From the NCBI GenBank assembly GCA_028534125.1, contig CM052816.1, positions 9,984,001 through 10,048,000 on the forward strand: a stretch of 64,000 nucleotides of DNA, given 5' to 3'. A model generated the notes under the pieces. It was given only the letters and a program-made list of their open reading frames with translations, was not told the DNA's origin and made no database searches. The first letter of the stretch is position 1. Every line of letters starts with the position of its first letter. This document shows positions 41,021 through 52,950 of the stretch, piece after piece. Origin of the DNA: Lama glama (Eukaryota). Both the position numbers and the translations under genes were made by a program.

Positions 41021-42699
41021 AAACAATAGTCTAGTGTTTCATCATCAAAGAAAGAGGAAACTAAGCTCATTAAACTCTGCACAGTGAACGGAACAAAGAC
41101 TAATGCATTTTTTTAAATACTGTTTCAACAAAGTTTGAAAAATAAAAATATTAAAAGAGATAACCAGCATTGAAAGGTCATGTGTCTGTCAATGAGTTTT
41201 AGGAAACAGTTTTAATGGTGATAAATAAATGCTTAATAATAAATGCAAAAGAATCATCAGTTAAAATGAGTGCTATGAACCATGACACTGTGCATTGTGG
41301 CAAGCATTATGCCAGAGGACCGGGGGTGGGAGTCCTTGCCTCTAGTAACTCACTGCCTGGTAAGTCAATGTTCAACTTCTCAGATGCAGAAGGACAGTGA
41401 CAGTGGTGGTGCCAAAGGGCTAAGAACCCAGGAAGGGAGGACTAACTCCATCTGGGGACAAGAAAGACTTCATAGACAAGGCAGATCTAAGTAAGATACG
41501 AAAAGTTCAACAGGAACTTTCTTCGTTAAAAAAAAAAAAAAGTGGGGAAGGGCGTGAACATTGGCATGGAAGTCAGCTTCATGAGAGACTTGAGATTATT
41601 AGAAACACTGAAAATTCTAAAATTGTAGTTCAAGGTTTTGGTGGAAAATGATAAAAGAGGAAGAAAGCTAGTCAAGGGTTGTATTTTATTTTTGCAAAAT
41701 TATCATGTATTCATGGTTTGAATAATATAAAAATGTTTATTTATCCTTTGAGCATTTTCTTATGTAAATAAGAGCAAATACAAATACATTATTTGATTCC
41801 CTCTCTTTCATACCCAAATAATGGCATGCGTCTCTTTTTCCCTCCACTTAGCAATATACCCTGGAGCTTTTCCCTGTTGATACACAGAGAGTTTCTTGAC
41901 TGCCCTTTCTTCAGTTGTGTATTTTTCCATTTCCATGAAAAGTTTTTAGATTTAAGTGGTACAATGAGAACCATGTTTTTGGAAAATGTACCTAGCAACA
42001 CTGTGGCCTGCAGTGGTGGTTAGAGACAGCATAAGACAGGCAACACGATTAGAAAAACGCTCATAATTTCTAACTTCATACTCCTTTGAGTCAGGAATTG
42101 GATGATTTAAGTGCTGTGCATCCATGAGGCTGCATGATGCTGTGGAAAGAACTTGGGAGGCAGGGAAACTGGCTTTGAATCCCTGCTCGGCTTGACAGTA
42201 GCTGAGTGACACTTGGCCAAGCATTCTTTCTGGGCAGAGGATTCAAAGGAGGGGTGTTGTAATTGATGATTCCCAGTCTCCTTCCAGCTCTGACACTCTA
42301 AGTATCTACAGTGGTATCTGACTCCCCTGACCCAACACTCCTTCCTCTGAGCTTTTCCTTTGGGATCAAGAAGATGGGAGGCCTCTCAAAGGAGTGAGTC
42401 GTGTCAAGGCAGAGAACCAGGAGCCACAGGTGCCTTGTGGCAGGTAACTGTTGGTGGCAACTGCTAACTTCTAAGTTCCTATCAGTTTTTGTTCCTGCAA
42501 CTTTATCCAAGATCAGCTGCCCTGCACAAATTTTCCCCATTGAGACTCATTATTTCATAAGCTCTGGACAAAACACTTGGCAGCAAGGCTGACATGCCTA
42601 TAAGACTTCTAGAATAATTACTCCTAGTTGGATAAGAGCAGCTAGGCTATTCCCTAAATTCCCGCAGCTGCTCAAAATTCACCAACTCCTTGAATTTCC

Positions 42700-43410
42700 T
42701 TGTGGCAATACACATAAAACATAAAATTTACCATTTTAACCGTTTTTAAGTACACGGTTCAGTGGCATTAAGTCCCCACACACTGCTGTGTAACCATCAT
42801 CACCATCCATCTCCAGAACTTTTTCATTTTCCCAAATTAACAATTTGTACCCGTACAAGTTGTTATTACTCCCCAACTCCTCCTCCTCCCCAGCCCCTAG
42901 CAACCACCATTCTTTCTATGTCTTATGAATTCGACTACGCTAGGTTCACACAGATGGAATCATACAACATTTGTCCTTTTGTGACTGGTTTAGTTCACTT
43001 ACACAGTGTCATCGAGGATCATCATGTTTCAGCATATGTCAGAATGTCCTTCCTTGCTAAGGCTGAATGATATTCTGATGAACGTATATACTACCTTTTG
43101 CTGATTCATTTGTTTTTCAATGGACTTTAGGTTGTTTTCCTCTTTTTTGCTATTGTGAATGCTGCTATGATTCACAATACAAATATTATATTGGGTGTAC
43201 AAATATCTGTGAGTCCCTGCCTTCAATTCTTTTGGGCATATACCCATAAGAGGGATTGCTATATCATCTAGCAATTCTATTTTTAATTTTTTTGAGGAGC
43301 CTTCATATAGTTTTCCACAGAGTCTGCACCATTTTACATTCCCATTAGCAACAAGCAAGGATACTAATTTTTCCACATCCTGCCAACATTTGTTATTTCC
43401 CACTTTTTTC
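42700..43410 (-). mobile_element. L1M 3' fragment
   Basis: Minus-strand ORF2 C-terminus NNKCWQDVEKL..ANGNVKWC and L1 3'UTR motifs. Confidence 0.85.
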
Positions 43411-43971
43411 TACATATTCTCTGGATCACTCTTAAACCTACTACATCAGAAGCTCTGGCCTGCAGGCCAATGATGTGTGGTTTAGTAAGCCCTCCACGTG
43501 ACTCTGATGTATGCTAAAGTTTGAGAACCTTTGATATAGAAGAAAGAGCACTTGTCTTAGGATCAAATAGACCACAGTTCTAGACAACTTGTATTAATAA
43601 CGCTGTCTTTGTGCTGGATACTTCATTTTAGTTGCTTTTTATTCTTTAAAACTGGGAAATTAGAGTCTCAGTGTTGGTGAGACTTAAATGAGTCGTGTAC
43701 TTGAGGACATTTTGTATGCAAATGTCTTTCAGGAAATGTAGAGACTTATGATTCTGCTGGATAGACTGAGCCTCAGGATGGCTGACAGACTGATGGAAGG
43801 CGGCTGCCTCCCCCACAGCTCCTGTTTACTAGATGCCCACGAGTTTCACCACAAGATCTCAAATCACTGACTCTAGAGGATTTATCCAGGGACCAAGCAC
43901 CTAGCTCCAGAACAGACAAGCTACAGGCTGGCATGAGACCTATGAACTATGGCATGACCCGGGGCGTGTGG

Positions 43972-43972
<1 letters not shown>

Positions 43973-44017
<45 letters not shown>
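43973..44017 (+). repeat. (CA)n microsatellite, about 22 units
   Basis: Perfect AC run. Confidence 0.95.
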
Positions 44018-44018
<1 letters not shown>

Positions 44019-46214
44019 ATGAGCTAGGTCAGAATTTGCATTTTAGAAACATGAAAGTTAATACACGAAGAAGAAGTAGTGGGCTGTAGAAGCTGAAAAT
44101 TAAAGACTGCTCTGAGTCAAGAGGGATCATGGCAAGGGGAAACTCAAAGGAAGCAGAAACTTTAAGGAAAATAAAGAAGAGAGAGAAGCTGCTATCAAAA
44201 GAGGAAGAGTAGAGCAGAGAGAAAGCACAGTCACCTTAAAAGACCGCAACCTTGTGACCCACAAGAGGGGAAAGAGGAGTTGACCCTGAAAGAAAGCACT
44301 CTCGGTCTCTGATGGCGTTCTAACGCCCATCTGGATACCTTCTAGTGAATGACCTTTTCCCTTGAGTCGGTCCACGTTCCTTTAAAGCCAACATCCTCAA
44401 CTCAACCCATTTTCATTATTACTACCACATAAGATCCAGCCTGGCAAGGAGGTGGGCGAGTGGGTCATTGCCTTCAGTTACATGATGGGTTATCATAAAG
44501 AAAAGGTAGCAGGCTTGTCCTGTATGTCTCCAGAAGCCTGAGTCAGAACAAACAAATAGAAGTTAAATGATCCATGAGGGCTTAAAAAGGATGTCTTTTC
44601 TAACACCAAAATTGCCTCTTTATACTGCTTTTCTCTAACCAAATGTATCATGAGCATGTTTTATGGTTTAAAGTCAAAACCCATCTTAAAAAATGTTTTT
44701 AAATGTTGGATCTTTCCTGTAAACTTCAGAAAAAAGTACTTCCTTTGGTAAACATTGTATTAGCAGTCAGTGTTTGTTAAAAGTCCCAATGTAAAGTTCA
44801 GCAAATGACTTATGGGATTTTAAGACTTTAAATTGGCCCCGGTCCCTAACCTGAACCGAGTGGACACTGTCCTGTTTGACCAAGGGACTTCCCCGGGTGC
44901 TCAGATTCCAACCTAAGGAACATGCTGTTCTTTAGCGATTTCCTCCTTCATCTGTTTCTAGTATTAAAAAGAACAACCTGCTCACATGCTTAAGGTATAT
45001 CCTACTTTCCAGAGACACACACAAATGTTTCATCTGCACCAATTTCTTTGATGGAGCACGTAGGTGTAGAAGATGGTTTCTAGTGTGTTTAAGAATGTGA
45101 TTGTGGATTTACTAGGATCTGCATTTAACTGCCACTGCTCACAGTACGGCCTCAGTGTGACAAGCAGGATTCTAAGCCTACACAACCTCAAGTTTTCTCA
45201 TCTGTTAAATGGGGATAGTAACAGCCCCTAACGTGTTTTGTAGCATCAGATGAGTTTTATGGTGTACAGCACAGTTCTTGATAGACAATGAGTGCTTTTC
45301 ATTATTTATTTTGTATTATTTATTATAGATTTTATTGCTATTGTTGCTTTTATTAATAATTATTTTTGGCTTTGCCATTCTTATTGACTGAAGAAAAGTT
45401 ACTTTTGCCTTCTAGATTAAAGAGTTACCAGTAATGCAAGCTCCTTTTTCAATCCTTCTGCCTGCTAATAACATACCCACAGAGCTAGACATTTTCCAAA
45501 ACTCACTATATGTGATGATTTAACTTTGATAAAATCTAAATCAAGAACTTTACTAGCTTCAGAGACCACCAGTGCCAGAGAACCATTCCCCCTTAACTCT
45601 GATAAAACCCAAATTTAGGGGAGAAGCCAAATGAGTGGAGGCTGAACATATAGCGAACAAAAAAGCTCCAAAACCTTTCAAAATTTACATTTTTAGGTAC
45701 ATCCTTTCTCTGCATGTTTCCATCAGCTCAAGGGGAAAATACTCTATTGGAAAAACCCTTAAGACCTTAATCCAATGTCTCATCCATACTCCTGTAAAAT
45801 TATTTTTGTCCTGTGGCCACCCATCCCATCCCAAGTACCTCAGGCAGTCCATTACATATTTGGACAGTACTGACTATTGCCAAGTAATTTTAAATACTTG
45901 CCTAATAATCTATCTTCTTTTACTCATTGTTCCTACTTCTACTTTCTGGTGACACAAAGGAAAATGGTTTTCCATTTTACTCAATAACCCTTCTATCTTC
46001 TATCCTCTCATATCATTCTTGCATGTTTTAAGTTATTACTTATTTATTCAATTCATGTAGAAAAATATATTTACATTCTACCTTGTTAGAAGCTGTCCTT
46101 GGCACTAGGAGAGTGTAACAGGAGGGAAAATGATGCAGTCCTCAACCTCTTGAAGCTCACATTACCGTAAGCCTTTTCTCCAGGTCAAAATTTCTCATAA
46201 TTGTTTTATTTTCA

Positions 46215-47165
46215 ACTCAATACCAAAAACAAAACAAAACAAAACAAAACTCCCAAACAATCCAATTTAATAATGGGCAAAGGATCTGAATAGACAGATC
46301 CAAAAAGATATCCAAAGAGCCAACATGTGCATTAAAAGGGGCTCAACATTAATAATCATCAGGGAAATTCAAACAAAATCACAGTGAGATATGACCTCAT
46401 ACCTATTAGAATGGCTCTGATCACAAAGACAAAAGATAACAAGGTCGGTGAGGATGTGGAAATAAGGGAAGTCTTGTGAACTGCTCGTGGGAATGTAAAC
46501 TGGTGCAGACACTATGGAAAACAGTATGAAGCTTTCTGAAAAATCTAAACATAGAACCACCATATGATTCAGCAATATCACTTTTGGTATATATCCAAAG
46601 GAGATGAGGATAGAATCTTGAAGAGATATTTATACCCCCATATTTATTGCCATATCATTTACAATAGGTCAAGACATGGAAACAACCTAAAGGTCCATCA
46701 ATATTCAATGAATGGATAAAATATATATATTTTTTTTTATACACACACACACACACACACATATAGGAATAAATATTATTAAGCCATGAGAAAGAAGTAA
46801 ATTCTGTCATTTGTGACAACATGGATAGACCTTGAGGGCATTATGCTAAGTGAAATAAGCCAGAGAAACACAGTAAGACAAATATTGCACAGTATCATTC
46901 ATTTGTAGAACCTAAGAAAAAAAAATCAAACTCATAGAAACAGAGTGGAGAAGTGTGATGCCAGGGTTGGAGGGTGGGGGAAATATGGAGAGGTTAGTAA
47001 AAATGTGCAAACCTTCAGCTATAAGATGAATATAAAGTCTGAGGATCTAATGTAAAAGATGGTGACTATAGTTGATAACACTGTAAATATAATCAAAATC
47101 TGCTTAGAGAGTAGAACTTAAATGTTTTCAAGAAAGAAAGCAAGAAAGCAAAGAAAAGAAAGAAA

Positions 47166-47198
<33 letters not shown>

Positions 47199-47243
47199 GT
47201 GAAGTGAGAGATGTGTTAATTAACTAGATAGAAGGAATCCTTT
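46215..47243 (+). mobile_element. L1MA-type 3' fragment containing a (GAAA)n tract
   Basis: ORF2 C-terminal and 3'UTR motifs ('gggcattatgctaagtgaaataagccag', 'gagagtagaacttaaatgtt'); interrupted at 47244 by an LTR. Confidence 0.88.
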
Positions 47244-47363
47244 TGTAGGGGAACAGAATTTGCCACCCCAAAATATATCTCTGGAATATTATAAGCTGGT
47301 TATTTTCTAAGAAGCAGGAGACATAGGGAAAACTGAAAGCCAAGTGGAAATTATCTTTTGTAA
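47244..47363 (+). mobile_element. Start of an ERV1-type LTR running into the gap
   Basis: 'tgtaggggaacagaatttgccaccccaaaatat' is a typical LTR 5' end. Confidence 0.6.
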
Positions 47364-47863
47364 NNNNNNNNNNNNNNNNNNNNNNNNNNNNNNNNNNNNN
47401 NNNNNNNNNNNNNNNNNNNNNNNNNNNNNNNNNNNNNNNNNNNNNNNNNNNNNNNNNNNNNNNNNNNNNNNNNNNNNNNNNNNNNNNNNNNNNNNNNNNN
47501 NNNNNNNNNNNNNNNNNNNNNNNNNNNNNNNNNNNNNNNNNNNNNNNNNNNNNNNNNNNNNNNNNNNNNNNNNNNNNNNNNNNNNNNNNNNNNNNNNNNN
47601 NNNNNNNNNNNNNNNNNNNNNNNNNNNNNNNNNNNNNNNNNNNNNNNNNNNNNNNNNNNNNNNNNNNNNNNNNNNNNNNNNNNNNNNNNNNNNNNNNNNN
47701 NNNNNNNNNNNNNNNNNNNNNNNNNNNNNNNNNNNNNNNNNNNNNNNNNNNNNNNNNNNNNNNNNNNNNNNNNNNNNNNNNNNNNNNNNNNNNNNNNNNN
47801 NNNNNNNNNNNNNNNNNNNNNNNNNNNNNNNNNNNNNNNNNNNNNNNNNNNNNNNNNNNNNNN
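47364..47863. other. Assembly gap (500 N)
   Basis: Run of N. Confidence 1.
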
Positions 47864-48310
47864 TGCCATTTGCAGCAACATGGATGCTCCTGGAGAATGT
47901 CATTCTAAGTGAAGTAAGCCAAAAAGAGAAAGAAAAATACCATATGAGATCGCTCATATGTGGAATCTAAAAAACAAAAACAAAAAAACAAAGCATAAAT
48001 ACAAAACAGAAATAGACTCATAGACATAGAATACAAACTTGTGGTTGCCAAAGGGGTAGAGAGTGGGAAGGGATAGATGGGGTTTTAAAATTGTAGAATA
48101 GATAAACAAGATTATACTGTAAAGCACAGGGAAATATACACAAGATCTTATGGTAGCTCACAGAGAAAAAAACATGACAATGAATATATATATGTTCATG
48201 TATAACTGAAAAATTGTGCTCTACACTGGAATTTGACACAACATTGTAAAATGATTATAAATCAACAAAAAACGTTAAATAAATAAATAAATAAATAAAT
48301 AAACAAAAAA
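47864..48310 (+). mobile_element. Young L1 3' end with (TAAA)n tail
   Basis: ORF2 end PFAATWMLLENVILSEVSQKEKEKYHMRSLICGI* plus 3'UTR. Confidence 0.92.
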
Positions 48311-51300
48311 GAGTAACCAAAATTAAGTAAAATTAAAAGTTAAATAAGATCATGTTATCTCTTATAAAATATGTCAGAAAGAAAAGTAACTTGGGATGAG
48401 AGTTGACTTTGTCTAATGTCTCATGAAGTTTTTATAGGTAATCTAAATATAATCTTGGGAATAAGTGATTTCAATAGATATAAATGGGGTAAGAGTTTTT
48501 CAGGTGAACTAGTAAGAATAATTATGTTTTACAGTATGTCTACTTAAAAGTAATTTCTCCAGATTTTTGGTGACCTGAAAATTTAGAATTTTACTAAATT
48601 AAGTTAAATGATGAAAGTCTATTGAATATCTAGATCATTCCCAAATAAAGTAAGATACTGAAGTATTACTGAACACAGACTTCCTCTCATAGAGAAACTA
48701 AAGATATTTAGGACTATTAATAAAAATGTTTTGTACCACACAGACATTTTCTGTAAGAAAGAACATGTTTTTAGAAATTATAAACAGCATTTTTAAGTTT
48801 GTCATTCTACAGAATGCTAATGTAGAAGACAGTTCATAATTGCTTACTTCTTAGTTTATATTAGAAATTAAGGTTTTTAAAGGTTAAGGATTCTAACTAA
48901 ACATGAAATAGGAAATAATACGGAAAACACTATGCAAACAAAAGGAGGAGTAAGGAATGGAGATGCATTTTGTTAAGGGAAAATAAGGTGATTTTGTTCT
49001 AAAAAGAGGTTAAAAAGAGAAAAAAAGAGAAAAGGATGGAATCTGAAGGTGAAGAGGGAAGTTATGGAAGTTTGGGGGAAAAGAAATCCTGTGAAAGGAA
49101 TTTTATTTGTGATCAGAACTGGCTAGGACTGGAATAAATTTTAATATTAAAAGTAGAGTGGTATAAAATTAGAATTAGGTTTTCTCTCTGTTAAGAGAAC
49201 GAAGTTTTCTTGGACTACTGATCTGCTTTTGATAACAGAATGTAAGGTTTCTTTATCGTTTAAGTAATCTTTTATAATTTTCTGTCTTTGCCTTTGAAAT
49301 CTTTTATTGTCACTAGGCTAAATGAATAAATATTATTTCACAGTGACATATGATCCTATTTGACCAAGTGTTTTAAAACCTTTTGATATTTTTGATAAAC
49401 TTCTTCAAATCAAATTCTAAATGAAGATCTTTTGACCACCAGCTAACTTTGAGATGCTTCAGAAGCCACTGAAGCATCCCAGAGATGTTAAACTTATTAG
49501 TCTTCTTTAGTATATTAAATTACATGGGACACATTGTCAAATGCACGGTAATAAACCTTCTTAGGTTTTATTTTATGAGGAAATATCATTAATATAAAGG
49601 TTCTAAAAGTTATACGGAATTTCTAATAATTGAATGTGTCCTGGTATAATGTTATCAGTCATAATTCTACCTAATATTTTAATATTGTATGTCATAACCA
49701 AATTCCTTTGACAAATGCATAGTAATCAGCTCTTTAACCATGACTTTTTAAGTCTTTCGTCATTTATAGACAGTTACTATTTTACTCTGATGATTCTGCA
49801 AAAATGCTTCATCTTGAAGAACCATAGAAAGGACTTTCTGATAAATACTGGTTTCTGATAACTTTCAGATCATACTGCTGAACTTGGTGATAAATTAAAG
49901 AATTCTAATGGAAAACCTGGTGGCTTCATAAAACTGTTAATAGAAGATCAAGATCAACAAGAATTAGTTACATAGGGCTGAATGATAATTTTTATGACTT
50001 TTTTTTCTGAAATATTACTGGCTTTAATCTTTGTTCCAGATACAAGGAAACCTTTCCCCTCAAGCTAATTATGGCTTAAAGCAATTTGGTAAATTACAAC
50101 TCTGTAAGCAGAATTGAAACTATCTTTTCTCTCTACCTGATACCTCAACAATTTAGAAACTGTTAATTATTTTCATGGCAATACATTTATTTGCATAAGT
50201 TTAACAAGAATCTGTTTTCCTTATAACAGGACATAACTGGAAATATTGGTCATATTACCATGGCTTTGACTGTAATGTCATATTTGAGAATGTGCATAGA
50301 ATCAGGTAAGACCAGACAGCTTTAAATAACTAAGGTGGATTTTATGGAGCCATAAAGCCTGTTGGAAAAACAGCCTGGCACATTACTTACTGGGTTCCCA
50401 GAAACCTTACTAGGTAAATAAGAAAGGTTACTTTCCGGCAGGTGCAGGAACCTCAAAAGATTTTGAGAACCTTGAGAAGAGAGGAACTCACCCAAATCTG
50501 TAGAAGTTGCAGGTGAAATCTGATAAGTCCTTGGCATGGCTCTCCAGGACTTGAGAGATCTTTTACAAGTTCAATCTGAGATTCCTTATGAAAAGTTCTA
50601 GCAATTAAAAAGAGCCTATAAGATCAATTACACTTATGTAAATAATCAGACCAAGTTTATTAAAAGCCAGAATTATTTTGCAAACAAATTAGTCTTATAT
50701 ATAATCCTTTAATTTTCTTGTAAGGTTAGTGATTATGTCCCATCTTTCTTTTTGGGGGGGTGGGATTAGGTTTGTTTGTTTGTTTGTTTATTTGTTTGTT
50801 TTAATGGAGGTACTGGGGATTGAACCCAGGACCTCGCACATACTAGGCAGGCACTCTACCACTGAGCTATACCCTCCCCCACCAAACAAATCAGTCTTAA
50901 TTTGGCTATATTTGGTAGAAATGAGGGTAATTTTAAAGAGAAAAAAATTATGTTTCAGTGGATATTAAATTCTAGTTTTAATTGTCTTTGAGAGTTTATC
51001 TGCCTATGGCTTACTTCCTAGGTAGTTTCTTATTCCTATGTTGTATTATTGTAAAGTTTAATTGAATTATTGAAAGGACATTCTGAGCTTATTTCTGAAG
51101 ATTATCACATTAATCAATCTTTGGATGAAGACCAGATGACCCACAACCTACAACCAGGAGATTATGTACACTGGAAGAGGCATCATTTAAAGGAATGTCT
51201 TCCACCCAGATAAAAGGACCCCTTATCAGGTACTCTTAGCTAGCTCACAAACAGCAAAACTGAAGGGAATTGACTCATGGATTCAAATTTTTCACTTAAA

Positions 51301-51661
51301 AAGGCCCCTGCACTGGACTGGTTTATAGAGAGGACTGATGACCTCAAACTCACGTTGAAGCAACATCCATACCAGGATGAGAAGATAACATCAAAAGTAG
51401 ACAGCTATCCCAAGGTGTTGGACCTGAACTGTACGACCATTTAGACTGCTTTCTTGACTTTTTGGAGAAAGAAAGAGAGAAAGAGAGAGAGAAAGGAGAC
51501 AGCATACCGTAGAGCTATCGGAGCCAAACTGAAATTACCCCCAATGGCAAAACCTAGAACGATTTGATGAACAAAATCAATAGCATATAATATTGGATTA
51601 TAACCAAAATATAACATAAATATCCTTGAGACTTTGTACTTATTTATATCAGTATTTAGAC
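48311..51661 (+). mobile_element. ERV1 (MER4/MER34-like) internal sequence with integrase C-terminal remnant at 51142-51304
   Basis: HNLQPGDYVHWKRHHLKECLPPR*K / PYQVLLASSQTAKLKGIDSWIQIFHLKR matches the GPY/F region of gamma-like integrase. Confidence 0.8.
50745..50880 (-). mobile_element. tRNA-Ala-derived SINE (camelid Vic-1-like)
   Basis: Minus strand GGGGGAGGGTATAGCTCAGTGGTAGAGTGC...GGTTCAATCCCCAGTACCTCCA with pol III A and B boxes and an (AAAC)n tail. Confidence 0.85.
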
Positions 51662-52178
51662 TGTTGGGGCTCAGGGCAGGTCATCCCAAAATACACCATA
51701 ATGGCAAATTGATTGTTTTGAATTACAGTTACTTAAGAAATGGCCGTTCAAGAAGAACACTTTGACCTTCCTCTGTCTCCCTGAAAGCAGGAAATAATCT
51801 CCCATGTGAAAGGTGCACTTCCAGCATCTGGAAGTAGAAGGACACCCTTATCACCAGAGATAGGGAATTTGGGCCAAGAAGCCTATGTAAATAAACCTCG
51901 TTACTTATTTACCACCCCAAGCCCAAGCTCTGTTTAGATTCTTCACTAATTGGGTACCCAAGACCTAAGTTTCTTTGTCCTGTCAATTCTTCACAAATTT
52001 ATTGTTTCTTTGTCTAAAAAGTATAAAAGCTGCCTACTTCGGCCATGTCTTAGGTTCCATTTCTATGAGACCTCCATGTACATAAATTTTGTTTCTTTTT
52101 CTCTTGTGTCAATTTTATTATTGGTCCAGGCATAAGAACTCAAAAGGGACAGAGGGGGAGATTTCTCCCTCCCTGACA
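51662..52178 (+). mobile_element. ERV1 LTR (MER34-like)
   Basis: TG...CA termini (tgttggggctcag ... ctccctgaca); internal TATAAAA at ~52022. Confidence 0.75.
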
Positions 52179-52179
52179 G

Positions 52180-52950
52180 TACTGATATAAACTAATTATT
52201 GGATACACGAATGAAAAAATATGAGAGAAGAAACAAATATTCCTTATAGAGGAATTCAATATAATTTATATAGATTATTCCCCTTCAAAAAAGATCAAAC
52301 TTCTCTTCTCCCTGTTGTGGGTTGCACTTAATGACTTTGTTCCAAATAATAGACTATGAAAAGGGGGTAAAAGATCACTTTGTAGTTGAGGAAATTGGCA
52401 GGCACTGCCTGAACCAGGTGACCATGTTCAACATCATGAGCAGTAAGTCATGTTAATAGCATGTACCCACAATATGCAGTATGTGGTGAGAAGGGTATCT
52501 CTGTGATGCTTTCCCTAAAATCCACAGCTCCAGTCTGACCATGAGAAACATACAAACGAACCCAAACCGAGGGACATTCTAAAAAATACCTGGCTAGTCC
52601 TCCACAAAGCATGGGCAGGAATAAACCAGGTATACTTACAAGGAATAACTGAGGAACTGTCTCAGACCACAGGAGATCAAGGAAACATGAGTAGTAAATG
52701 TAATGGAGTATCCTGGACAAGACCCTGGGACAGGAAAAGGACATCAGCAGAAGAAAGTCGTGAAATCTGAATAAAGTCTATAAAGTTCAGTTAATAGAAA
52801 CACTCCAGTGCTGTTTCTTAGTTTTGACAAATGTATCAAGATAATGTAACAACTGGGAAAGCCAGATGAGGGGTACACACGGACTTAGTACTGTCGTTTC
52901 AACATTTCCTTATGTCTACAACTATCCTAAAATAAAAAGTTTGCTTAAAG
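52180..52950 (+). mobile_element. L1MC-type 3'UTR fragment
   Basis: 'aaatgtaatggagtatcctggacaagaccctgggacaggaaaaggacat' and 'cttagttttgacaaatgta', ending 'ctaaaataaaaagttt'. Confidence 0.75.

Noticed and set aside
50802..50880. tRNA-Ala gene on the minus strand
   Set aside because: Has a SINE tail and TSD with degenerate stems, so it is a tRNA-derived SINE
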